Shown here one piece after another: positions 45,951 to 54,745 of a DNA stretch of 64,000 bases (position 1 is its first letter; every line of letters starts with the position of its first letter). The translations under genes were made by a program, and so were the position numbers. The stretch covers positions 512,001-576,000 of the forward strand of contig CAVZJB010000005.1 in assembly GCA_963775425.1 (NCBI GenBank). Reading direction: 5' to 3'. The notes beneath the pieces are model-generated. The model did not search any database, was not told the origin of the DNA, and saw nothing but the letters and a program-made list of their open reading frames with translations. The stretch comes from an uncultured delta proteobacterium. GTDB lineage: Bacteria; Myxococcota; UBA727; VGSZ01.

Positions 45951-46804
45951 GGCTGCACCTCCGCGGGAGCGGCCTGCGCTTGCGTGGGGGGCGACGACGG
46001 CGTGGGCGGGGCACGGCCCGCGGCGCGCGCGTCGTCGTCGATTGGAGGGAGCGCCGGCCGCGGGACGAGGACGACGCCCTCGCGCGTGGCGGAGCGGAAC
46101 GCGGCGAAGAGCACGTCGGCGCGCGCGCGGTCGTCGGGGGCGGCGAACGGGCGCCACTCGACATCGCCGTTGGGCAGGCGGTGGGCGGCGCCGCTCAGGC
46201 CCGCCTTGGTGCGAAAGAGCATCGCCGCGGTGCCGAGGCGGATGACGTCGGCGACCATGCGCTTGCTCTCGACGACGATGGGGGCGCGTGCGCGCTCCGT
46301 CGAGCGCGACAGATCGATCTCGGCCGACAGGACCTGCTCGAGCGCCTCCACCGCGTGCGCGGGCCCCTCGGCGTCGAGCGCGCGATCGACGTCGTCGATG
46401 CGGGCGAGGCGCTCGCGCGTGCGATACGGGATGCCGCCCGACACCGACGCGCGCAGCCGCGCGAGGACGCGGCGCACCGGCGCCTTGGCGGCGTCGGCGG
46501 CGGTGGCGCGCGCGGCGCTCTTGTCGGAGAGCTGCGTGCGCTTCTCTTCGAGCTGTGCGGCGAGGAGGCGCGCGCTCTCGAGGTCACCCTCGAGCTGCGT
46601 GCGCCTCCGCGCGGCCGCCAACCGCCCCTCCCGCGCCTCCGCGCGCGCCGCCTCGACGTCGGCGGAGAGCCCGTCGACCTCGGCGCGGAGCGCGGACAGC
46701 GTCTTTCCGAGCGCGACGAGCTCGGCGTCGTCGCTCGCGTGCGCGGGCCACGCCCAGGTGACGAGGACCGCGACGGCGATGCAGATGCGGTGGAGGTGGG
46801 TCAT
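45947..46804 (-). CDS. DUF3450-like coiled-coil periplasmic protein
   Basis: Signal, coiled coil, GIPYRTRERLARI, VIRLGTAAMLFRT; position typical of extended TonB operons. Confidence 0.65.
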   Translation of the reverse strand: MTHLHRICIAVAVLVTWAWPAHASDDAELVALGKTLSALRAEVDGLSADVEAARAEAREGRLAAARRRTQLEGDLESARLLAAQLEEKRTQLSDKSAARATAADAAKAPVRRVLARLRASVSGGIPYRTRERLARIDDVDRALDAEGPAHAVEALEQVLSAEIDLSRSTERARAPIVVESKRMVADVIRLGTAAMLFRTKAGLSGAAHRLPNGDVEWRPFAAPDDRARADVLFAAFRSATREGVVLVPRPALPPIDDDARAAGRAPPTPSSPPTQAQAAPAEVQP

Positions 46805-46811
46805 GGCTTCC

Positions 46812-48152
46812 TCAGTTCTGCGCGTAGTCGGTCCAGCCCGCGGTCCAGTCGTCCGCCGCGTCCGCCCCGCAGGCCCCGCGGAACGACACGTTGTCGAAGA
46901 ACGGATCCGCGGGGACCACCCCGCCGGTGGCGGCGAGCGAGCCGGGCTGCGCGCGCCAATCGGGCGCGGTCTTGCTGGTGACGTCGACGAGCCCGGGGTC
47001 GCCCGCGGTGTTGCCGGCGTTGTCCTGGAGCAGGAAGTCGCTGAGCACGAAGGGGTCGCCGGCGGCGTCGTCGGCGAGGGTGTCGCAGTCGAACACGCTG
47101 TTGGACACCGTGGTGTTGCCGGTGAGCGCGCCGCCGCTCTTGGCGACGTCGAAGGTGGTGCCGTCGTCCATGTTGAAGCAGCTCTTGTTGAAGCCGACGA
47201 CGACGATGTTCTCGAGCGTGGCCTCGGTGCCGCGGCGCAGCAGGATGCCGTCGCCGCCGGCGTCGGAGACGGGCGCGCCGATCAGGGTGACGTTGGAGAT
47301 GGTCGGGTGCGAGATCGGCGTGATCTCGAAGTTCGCTTCGTTGTTGTCCGCTTCGATGCCGTTGTTGCCGATGTTCTCGTACTGCTGCGAGACCACGAAC
47401 TGCGCCTTGCCGGTCCAGCCGAAGGTCCAATCGATGTTGTCGTCGCCGATGCCGGTGCAGACCACGTGCTTCACGTTCACGGTGCCGCCGAAGAACTCGA
47501 TGCAGTCGTCGGCGACCATGTGCGCCTGGATGTGATCCACCACGGTGCCGTCGCCGACGCCCTGGAACGCGAAGCCGTTCAGCTCGTTTTCGTCGTCGAT
47601 GAGCGCGCCGCCGAACTCCACGCGGACGAAGCGCAGGACGCCGCTGTCGTCGTGGGCGTCGCCGCCGCCGTAGGTGCCGGTGCCGGCCTCGCCGAGCAGC
47701 GTGCACGGATCTCCGGTGCAGCCGTTCACGGGGGCCTGGCCGTTGAGGACGATGCCGCCCCAGTCGGTGGGGGCGCGCGCGCCCGGATCCTTCGCCGACG
47801 TGAAGACGATGGGCGCGTCGGCGGTGCCGTCGGCGACGATCTTGCTGCCGCGCGTGATCAGCAGGAACGAGAGTGACGATGTATCGCCGAAGATCTGCGT
47901 GCCCGGCTCGATGGTGAGCACGCTCGGGGCCTTGGCAGGATCCGTGTCGTCGCCGACGAAGACGCCGCCCTTGAGGACCCACTTCTTGTCGGCGGTGAAC
48001 GTCGTGTCGGCGAGGATGGGGCCGGTGACGGTGCAGACGTCGCCCTCGCACGCGAAGCCGCCGGTGGGCGGTGTGACCTCGGGGCCGGGGCACGCCGTGA
48101 AGCCCGCAGGCAGCGCGAGCGCGAGGATCAGCTTCTTGATGTCGATGTGCAT
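46812..48152 (-). CDS. Beta-helix-like lipoprotein partner of the TonB receptor
   Basis: GGGAG RBS, lipobox GFTAC; ITRGSKIVADGTADAPIVFTS, DWGGIVLNGQAP, SGVLRFVRVEFGG, DDCIEFFGG, GIEADN. Confidence 0.75.
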   Translation of the reverse strand: MHIDIKKLILALALPAGFTACPGPEVTPPTGGFACEGDVCTVTGPILADTTFTADKKWVLKGGVFVGDDTDPAKAPSVLTIEPGTQIFGDTSSLSFLLITRGSKIVADGTADAPIVFTSAKDPGARAPTDWGGIVLNGQAPVNGCTGDPCTLLGEAGTGTYGGGDAHDDSGVLRFVRVEFGGALIDDENELNGFAFQGVGDGTVVDHIQAHMVADDCIEFFGGTVNVKHVVCTGIGDDNIDWTFGWTGKAQFVVSQQYENIGNNGIEADNNEANFEITPISHPTISNVTLIGAPVSDAGGDGILLRRGTEATLENIVVVGFNKSCFNMDDGTTFDVAKSGGALTGNTTVSNSVFDCDTLADDAAGDPFVLSDFLLQDNAGNTAGDPGLVDVTSKTAPDWRAQPGSLAATGGVVPADPFFDNVSFRGACGADAADDWTAGWTDYAQN

Positions 48153-48368
48153 GTGACTCCCTGTTGTGAAACCTGGCGGTTTTGTCGCCACGGTTCGTGC
48201 CGGTCGTGTGTCAGCAGCGCAAAGCTTCCGTTGCGTTGCCGCGATCGAACGTCACAGCGGTGTGTCAGCGGCGCGGCGGCGCGGTGCTACCGCGCCGCCG
48301 TCGCACTTCATGCACGTGTCAGGCCCGCGAGGCGACGCGGGCGAGGAGCCGGCCGCGCCGGCCCCGAT

Positions 48369-50681
48369 TCAGCTCCGGGCGTGGAACTTCTCGCCGCGCT
48401 TGGCCTTCTCCACGAGGAGGTCCGCCGGCTTGAAGCGCTTTCCGTAGCGAGCGGCGAAGCGCTCGAGCGTGGCCACCACCGCGGAGGCGCCGACGGTGTC
48501 GACGTAGCGGAAGGGTCCGCCCTTGGTCGGCGGGAAGCCGAGGCCGAAGACCGCGCCGACGTCGCCGTCGACCGGGCTCTCGAGGATGCCCTCCTGAAGG
48601 CACTGCACCGCCTCGTTCACCATGCGCAGGCCGATCCTCTCCTGCAGCTCGGCGAAGTCGCTCTCCGAGAGCTTCTTCGTCCCCGGCTTCACGCCGTGCT
48701 TGGCGAGGATCTCGATGGCGCCCGGGTTCAAGGGCTTGCCGCCCTTCTTGCCCGCGCCCATGGCCTTCTCCACGAGGTGGCGCGCCTTCTCCACGGCGCT
48801 CTCCTTGTGGTCCTTGTCGTAGAGGAAGAAGCCCTTGCCGGCCTTCCTGCCGATGAAGCCGGCCTTCACGAGCTCGTCGAGCGTGGTGCGATCGCGCGGC
48901 CCGAAGCGCGGCTCGAAGAACGGCGCCATGTCCTTGGACACGTGCGCCGCGACGTCGATGCCGACCTCGTCGAGGAGCGTGATGGGACCCACCGGGAAGC
49001 CCCACGCCTTCATGGCCCGGTCGATCTCGTAGAGGTCCACGCCCTCGAGCGCGCACTGCGCCGCCTCGTCCATCAACGGTCCGAGGACGCGCGACGTGTA
49101 GAAGCCGGGGCCGTCCTTCACGACGATCACGGTCTTGCCCTGCTTGATGCCCACGTCCACGGCCATGGCCGCGGCCTCCTTGGAGGTCTTCGGGTGCACG
49201 ATGACCTCGAGCAGTGGCATCTTGGGCACCGGCGAGAAGTAGTGCATGCCGACGATGTTCTCGGGGCGCTTGCTCGCCTCGGCCAGCTTGGTGATCGGCA
49301 GCGCCGACGTGTTGGACGCGATGACGCACTCGGGGCCGACGTGCTCCTCGACCTCCTTGATGATCTTGTGCTTCAGCCCGATGTCCTCGAACACCGCTTC
49401 GATGACGAGGTCACAGCGCTCGAAGCCCTTGTAGTCGGTCTTGGGCACCACCGACGAGAACGTGCGGTCCCGCTCGAAGGTGGTCATCGCCCGCGAGCGC
49501 ACGCGCTTGTCGAGGTCGCCGAAGATGGTCTTCTGCCCGCGCGCCACGGCCTCCACGTTCACGTCCTTCAAGAGCGTGCGCACGCCCTTGGTCACCGTGA
49601 CCTCCGCGATGCCCGCGCCCATCAGGCCGGCGCCGAGCACGCCGACGGTCTGCGCCTGGTGCTTGGGCTTGCCGAAGCGGTTCTTCTTGAGCGCGGTCTG
49701 CGCGAAGAACAGCGAGATGAAGCTCGCCGCCTCCTTGGACATGGCGAGCTCGCCGAAGCGGCGGCTCTCCTCGGCGAGGCCGTGCTCCATCCCCTTGGAG
49801 ACGCCGGCCTCGACGACGTCGATGATGGCGAGCGGCGACGGGTAGAGCCCGCCGGTCTTCTCCATCACCTGCGCGCGCGCCTGACGAAACAGGATGGCGC
49901 GGCCGGCGGGGTTGTCCTCGAGCGCGGCCTCCATGGCGCGCTTGGCCGCCGACTGCTTCGGCTCGCGGCGCGTGAGCGTCCCGTCGATCAGGCGCTTGCA
50001 CACGGTGACGGCAGCGTCCTCGAGGCCGTACGGCACGGTGACGGCGTCGACGAGGCCCATCCGCTTGGCCTTCTGCGCGCGGATGTTCTTGCCGGTGAGC
50101 ATCATGTCGAGCGCGTTCTGCACGCCGACCAACGCGGGCAGGCGCTGGGTGCCGCCGCCGCCGGGGAGGAGGCCGAGCATGACCTCGGGCAGCCCGAGCA
50201 CCGTCTTCGGCTGATCGGTGCAGATGCGGTAGTGGCACGCGAGCGCGATCTCGAGCCCGCCGCCGAGCGCGGCGCCGTTGATGGCGGCCACCACCGGCTT
50301 GCCGCTCTTCTCCATCTTGTCGAGCTGCTCCTGCATGTTGCGCGAGAGGCGCTCCACCTCGTGCGCGGTCTTGCACTTCTGCAGCATGGCGACGTCGGCG
50401 CCCGCGATGAAGTCGGGCTTGCCCGAGATGAGCACGGCGCCCTTGATGGACGGATCGGACTCGACGCGCTCGAACGCCGCCTGCAGGCCGTGCGTGGACG
50501 CCTCGTTCAGCGTGTTCTGTTTCTCGTTGGGCACGTCGAAGGTGATGACGGCGACGCCGCCGTCCCTCACGGTGACGCTGACGGCCTCGGCTTCGATCCT
50601 GCCGCCGATGGTGTTGTTGGTCACGGGAGCCTCGTCGGTGCCCTTGGGCTTCTTGGTGGGCGTGGTGGTCTGCGTGGTCAT
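48369..50681 (-). CDS. fadJ: Fatty acid oxidation complex alpha subunit (enoyl-CoA hydratase/3-hydroxyacyl-CoA dehydrogenase)
   Basis: FIAGAD, ALGGGLEIALAC, LGLPEVMLGLLPG, GAGLMGAGIA, SNTSALPI, GMHYFSPV, VFGLGFPP. Confidence 0.92.
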   Translation of the reverse strand: MTTQTTTPTKKPKGTDEAPVTNNTIGGRIEAEAVSVTVRDGGVAVITFDVPNEKQNTLNEASTHGLQAAFERVESDPSIKGAVLISGKPDFIAGADVAMLQKCKTAHEVERLSRNMQEQLDKMEKSGKPVVAAINGAALGGGLEIALACHYRICTDQPKTVLGLPEVMLGLLPGGGGTQRLPALVGVQNALDMMLTGKNIRAQKAKRMGLVDAVTVPYGLEDAAVTVCKRLIDGTLTRREPKQSAAKRAMEAALEDNPAGRAILFRQARAQVMEKTGGLYPSPLAIIDVVEAGVSKGMEHGLAEESRRFGELAMSKEAASFISLFFAQTALKKNRFGKPKHQAQTVGVLGAGLMGAGIAEVTVTKGVRTLLKDVNVEAVARGQKTIFGDLDKRVRSRAMTTFERDRTFSSVVPKTDYKGFERCDLVIEAVFEDIGLKHKIIKEVEEHVGPECVIASNTSALPITKLAEASKRPENIVGMHYFSPVPKMPLLEVIVHPKTSKEAAAMAVDVGIKQGKTVIVVKDGPGFYTSRVLGPLMDEAAQCALEGVDLYEIDRAMKAWGFPVGPITLLDEVGIDVAAHVSKDMAPFFEPRFGPRDRTTLDELVKAGFIGRKAGKGFFLYDKDHKESAVEKARHLVEKAMGAGKKGGKPLNPGAIEILAKHGVKPGTKKLSESDFAELQERIGLRMVNEAVQCLQEGILESPVDGDVGAVFGLGFPPTKGGPFRYVDTVGASAVVATLERFAARYGKRFKPADLLVEKAKRGEKFHARS

Positions 50682-50698
50682 GGGGATCACCTTCGGCT

Positions 50699-52018
50699 TC
50701 AGCGGGCGGGGGAGGGGTTTTCGAGGAGGATGGCGTTGCCGTGGCCGCCGGCGGCGCAGCCGGTGACGACGGCGAAGCGCTCGCCGGTGACCTCGAGGCG
50801 GCGCGTGGCCGTGGTCAGCAGGCGGCCGCCGGTGGCGCCGAAGGGGTGGCCGATGGAGAGGGAGCCGCCCCACACGTTGATCTTCTCGAGGGGGACGTCG
50901 ACGGCGCCGATCCGGGCGCCCGCGCGCTCCTCGACGAACTTGCGATCGGACAGGAGCTTGAGGTTGGCCACCACCTGCGCCGCGAACGCCTCGTGGATCT
51001 CCCACACGCCGACGTCCTTGGGCGACAGGCCGTTGCGCTCGAGCAGCTTGGGCACCGTGAGCGCGGGGCCCGCGAGCAACTCCTCGAGGGGATCGCCGCC
51101 GGCGTAGACGTAGTCGCGCACGACGCTGCGCGGGGTGAAGCCGAGGCGGTCGGCGGCCTCGCGCGCCATCAGGATGACGGCCGAGCCGCCGTCGGTGAGG
51201 AAGCTCGACGACGCCGCCGTGATGAGGCCGAATTCCTTGTCGAACGCGGGCTTCAGCGTGGCGAGCGTCTCGAGCGTAGAGTCGCCGCGCGGCCCGTCGT
51301 CCTTGGCGACGAGCTCCATGCCCGGCGGCACGGGGACGCTCAGCACCTCGTCGGCGTAGCGGCCCTCCTTGGTGGCGCGGTCGGCGAGCACGTGGCTGCG
51401 CACGGCGAATTCGTCGCTCTCCTTGCGCGTGACGCCGAGGCGCTTGGCCATGCGCTCGCAGCTCTGGCCCATGGTGAGGCCGGTGGAGAACTCCGCCGCC
51501 GACGGGATGTCGGGGATGATGTCGGCGGGCTCGAGCTCCTTGAAGATGTCGAGCCAGGCGGCGGCGCCCCTGGCCTTCTGCATCTTCACGAGCGCCTGGC
51601 GCAGCGCCTTCGACAGGCGGATGGGCGGATCGGAGAGCGACTCGGCGCCGCCGGCGATGCCGACGTCGACGCGGCCGAGGTTGATCTGATCGACCACGGT
51701 GGTGGCGGCGAGGTTGGCGGACACGCACGCGAGCGTGGTGGTGTACGCGGGTGTGGTTACGGGCACGCCGGCGCCGAGCATGCTCTCGCGGGCGATGTTC
51801 GAGGTGCGCGGATCCTGGACCACGGTGCCCATGGCGACGACGTCGACGCTCTTCGGATCCAGGCCGCTCTTGGCGAGCACGCCGGCGATGGCGATGCGGC
51901 CGAGATCGTGGGCCATCAGGTCTTTGAAGGCGCCGTTGCTCTTGCAGAAGGGCGTGCGCGCGCCGTCGACGAAGACGGCCTCGCGGCCGGCGGGGAGGGA
52001 GGGGGGCTTCGTGGTCAT
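50699..52018 (-). CDS. fadI: 3-ketoacyl-CoA thiolase
   Basis: TLACVSAN, HEAFAAQV, GGSLSIGHPFGATG, CAAGGHG. Confidence 0.92.
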   Translation of the reverse strand: MTTKPPSLPAGREAVFVDGARTPFCKSNGAFKDLMAHDLGRIAIAGVLAKSGLDPKSVDVVAMGTVVQDPRTSNIARESMLGAGVPVTTPAYTTTLACVSANLAATTVVDQINLGRVDVGIAGGAESLSDPPIRLSKALRQALVKMQKARGAAAWLDIFKELEPADIIPDIPSAAEFSTGLTMGQSCERMAKRLGVTRKESDEFAVRSHVLADRATKEGRYADEVLSVPVPPGMELVAKDDGPRGDSTLETLATLKPAFDKEFGLITAASSSFLTDGGSAVILMAREAADRLGFTPRSVVRDYVYAGGDPLEELLAGPALTVPKLLERNGLSPKDVGVWEIHEAFAAQVVANLKLLSDRKFVEERAGARIGAVDVPLEKINVWGGSLSIGHPFGATGGRLLTTATRRLEVTGERFAVVTGCAAGGHGNAILLENPSPAR

Positions 52019-52049
52019 CGGATCACCTCGGAGGCAGGCCTACCGATCG

Positions 52050-52154
52050 TTGACTTTCGTGTCAATCGCCTTTGACGCATCGGGTCGAACGCACGCCCGG
52101 TTTCAGCGGGCTTGCCCGACGCGTTGCGTTATGCTAGGTTGACATTCAAGTCAA
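52050..52154. promoter_or_regulatory. Palindrome TTGAC-N6-GTCAA (copies 2 and 3) in divergent promoter
   Basis: TTGACTTTCGTGTCAA 52050-52065 and TTGACATTCAAGTCAA 52139-52154. Confidence 0.7.
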
Positions 52155-52187
52155 ACGTCCTCCTGAAGAAAACGACCGAGGGAAACG

Positions 52188-54008
52188 ATGTCGAACGCGC
52201 CGCACTACAAGTCCAATCTGCGTGACGTCTTCTTCAACCTGTTCGAAGTGCTCGACATCGAGAAGAGCACGCTCGGGCAGGGACAGTTCACGTCCATGGA
52301 CGGCGCGACCGCTCGTGAGATGCTGGTGAACCTCGAGAAGCTGGCCACCAACGAGCTCGCGGCCTCCTTCGTCGAGGGCGATCGCACGCCGCTCAAGCTC
52401 GACGCCGAGGGCAACGTCACGCTGCCCGAGGGGATCAAGAAGTCGCTGGCGGCGTGGTTCGAGGGCGAGTGGCACCGCCTGGAGATCCCCGAGCGGCTCG
52501 ACGGCTACGGCGCGCCGCCGTCGGTGTGTTGGGCGGGCATGGAGCTCACCACCGGCGCCAACCCGGTCACCACGTTCTACCAGTTCGGCTCCTTCGTCTC
52601 GCGCATCGTCGACGCCCTCGGCACCGAGTCGCAGAAGAAGCTCTTCGTGAAGAACGCCATCGAGCGCCGCTGGGGCGGGACCATGCAGCTCACCGAGCCC
52701 AACGCGGGCTCCGACGTCGGCGAAGGCAAGACCAAGGCGCGCCACGTCGAGGGCGACGTCTGGGAGCTCGAAGGCACCAAGTGCTTCATCACCAACGGCG
52801 ACTTCGACTTCGCCGAGAACATCGTGCACCTCGTGCTCGCCCGCCCCGAGGGACACGGCGTCGGCACCAAGGGCCTGTCGCTGTTCATCGTGCCCAAGCT
52901 CCACGTCAACGACGACGGCAGCCTCGGCGAGAGAAACGGCATCAAGGTCGTGTCCATCGAGAAGAAGATGGGCATCAAGGCCTCCGCCACCTGCGTCATG
53001 GAGCTCGGCGGAGACAAGCCCTGCCGCGGCTACCTGATGGGCGAGGTGCACGACGGCATCCGCCAGATGTTCAAGGTCATCGAGCAGGCGCGCATGTCCA
53101 TCGGCGTCAAGTCCATGGCCACGCTGTCGACGGCGTACCTGAACGCGCTCGCGTACGCGAAGGACCGCGTCCAGGGCCCCGACCTGTTGAAGGCGAGCGA
53201 CAAATCCTCGCCGCGCGTGCGCATCATCGAGCACCCCGACGTGCGGCGCATGCTGATGCTGCAGAAGTGCATGGCCGAGGGCATGCGCGCGCTCGTCATG
53301 TACAACGCGGGGCTTCAAGACCAGATCGACATCAAGGGCGGCCACGGCGCGCCCGAGGCGCGCGAGCTCGACAAGCGCAACGATCTCCTGCTCCCGCTCA
53401 TCAAGGGCTTCTGCAGCGAGAAGGCGTACGAGCTGTTGGCGACGTCGCTGCAGGTCTTCGGCGGCTCCGGCTACACGCAGGACTGGCCCATCGAGCAGTA
53501 CATCCGCGACCAGAAGATCGACACGCTCTACGAGGGGACCACGCACATCCAGGCGCTCGACCTCGTCTTCCGCAAGATCGCGCGCGACAACGGCCAGACC
53601 ATGATGACCCTGCTGGGCGAAGTGCAGCAGCTCGCCGAGGGTACCGACGGCGGCGACGAGCTCAAGGGCGAGCGCGAGGCGCTCGCCAAGGCGCTCGGCC
53701 AGCTCCAGGGCATCTTCGGCGTGATGCTCCCGCGCATGGGCGAGTCCCTCTATCACGTCGGCCTGTACGCAAACCGCATCCTCTTCTCGTTCACCGAGGT
53801 GCTGATCGGCTGGCTCTTGCTGAAGCACGCCGTGGTGGCGCTGAAGAAGCTGCCGGAGGCGTCGGTCACGGACAAGCGCTTCTATGAGGGCAAGATCGCG
53901 AGCGCCCGCTTCTACATGAAGGAAGTGCTGCCCGAGGTCGCGCTGCACAAGAAGATCATTGAGGGCGGCGACCTTTCCTTGATGGAGCTGTCCGAAGACG
54001 TCTTCTGA
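52188..54008 (+). CDS. Acyl-CoA dehydrogenase, ~600-aa FadE5-like type
   Basis: GTMQLTEPNAGSDVG, GTKGLSLFIVPK, IEKKMGIKASATC, QVFGGSGY, YEGTTHIQALDL. Confidence 0.93.
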   Translation: MSNAPHYKSNLRDVFFNLFEVLDIEKSTLGQGQFTSMDGATAREMLVNLEKLATNELAASFVEGDRTPLKLDAEGNVTLPEGIKKSLAAWFEGEWHRLEIPERLDGYGAPPSVCWAGMELTTGANPVTTFYQFGSFVSRIVDALGTESQKKLFVKNAIERRWGGTMQLTEPNAGSDVGEGKTKARHVEGDVWELEGTKCFITNGDFDFAENIVHLVLARPEGHGVGTKGLSLFIVPKLHVNDDGSLGERNGIKVVSIEKKMGIKASATCVMELGGDKPCRGYLMGEVHDGIRQMFKVIEQARMSIGVKSMATLSTAYLNALAYAKDRVQGPDLLKASDKSSPRVRIIEHPDVRRMLMLQKCMAEGMRALVMYNAGLQDQIDIKGGHGAPEARELDKRNDLLLPLIKGFCSEKAYELLATSLQVFGGSGYTQDWPIEQYIRDQKIDTLYEGTTHIQALDLVFRKIARDNGQTMMTLLGEVQQLAEGTDGGDELKGEREALAKALGQLQGIFGVMLPRMGESLYHVGLYANRILFSFTEVLIGWLLLKHAVVALKKLPEASVTDKRFYEGKIASARFYMKEVLPEVALHKKIIEGGDLSLMELSEDVF

Positions 54009-54176
54009 GCCGAGCCCGGCGGGCACCGGCAACGTCCACGGCGACGGGTCGTCAGACGTGGGATGAGCCGTCGCGAACGGCACGGCGCCGGGTCGTCAGA
54101 GTCGTCGTCGCTTCGAGCGTCCGGGCGTGAGGCGCCGCGTTGGCGCGGGCGATGCTGCGTCGGCGGCGGAGGCCTC

Positions 54177-54680
54177 ATGCTCTTCCTCGTGTTTCTCGTC
54201 GCCGCCCAGACGGAGCCCGGCTTCGCCGTCACCCCGGGCGAGGGGTCACCGCCGGTCGTGTGGAGCGCAAACGCACACGGGTTGTCCCGCTGGAGCGTCG
54301 AGCTGTCGACGCCGCCCGGGAGGTGCGCGCGCGCGGACGTAGACCTCGAGCCCGGCGGGGGGCACGCGAGCGTGCTGTCCGCGTGTGGCGCGGGGGAGTC
54401 GGGCGCTGTGGAGCTCACCCCGCTCTCGCTCGGTGACGACGTCGCCATCGTCCTGCGCGCGCGCGGCGGCGCCTCGTCGTCGCTCGTGGTGCTCGCGCCG
54501 CTGTGCGGATCCCTGGTGCGCCTCGACCTCGGCACGGACGTGGTGCGCCCGAGCCAGGGCGCGTACGGCCCCGCGCCCTACGACCGCGTGGTGAGCGCGA
54601 CGGCGCACACCATCCGCGTCGTCGGCGCGCAGCCTTCCACCTGGCGCGTGGACGGGTGCGGCTTCCGCCAGGAAGAGTGA
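54177..54680 (+). CDS. Hypothetical exported protein
   Basis: GGAGG RBS, hydrophobic N-terminus, GC3-biased codons. Confidence 0.45.
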   Translation: MLFLVFLVAAQTEPGFAVTPGEGSPPVVWSANAHGLSRWSVELSTPPGRCARADVDLEPGGGHASVLSACGAGESGAVELTPLSLGDDVAIVLRARGGASSSLVVLAPLCGSLVRLDLGTDVVRPSQGAYGPAPYDRVVSATAHTIRVVGAQPSTWRVDGCGFRQEE

Positions 54681-54745
54681 CGCGTCCTTCCGGCCGCGAG
54701 GCCGCCGGATGTGCGCGCGGGGCCACGACGTGGGATTGTCCCCGG

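Noticed and set aside
48160-48270. Canonical Pho box upstream of the TonB operon
   Set aside because: TGTCA half-sites lack the 11-bp spacing and lie on the opposite strand; not called as a feature.
54037-54100. 20-bp direct repeat CACGGCG[A/C]CGGGTCGTCAGA, two copies 44 bp apart
   Set aside because: Only two copies with no associated element; probably a local duplication.
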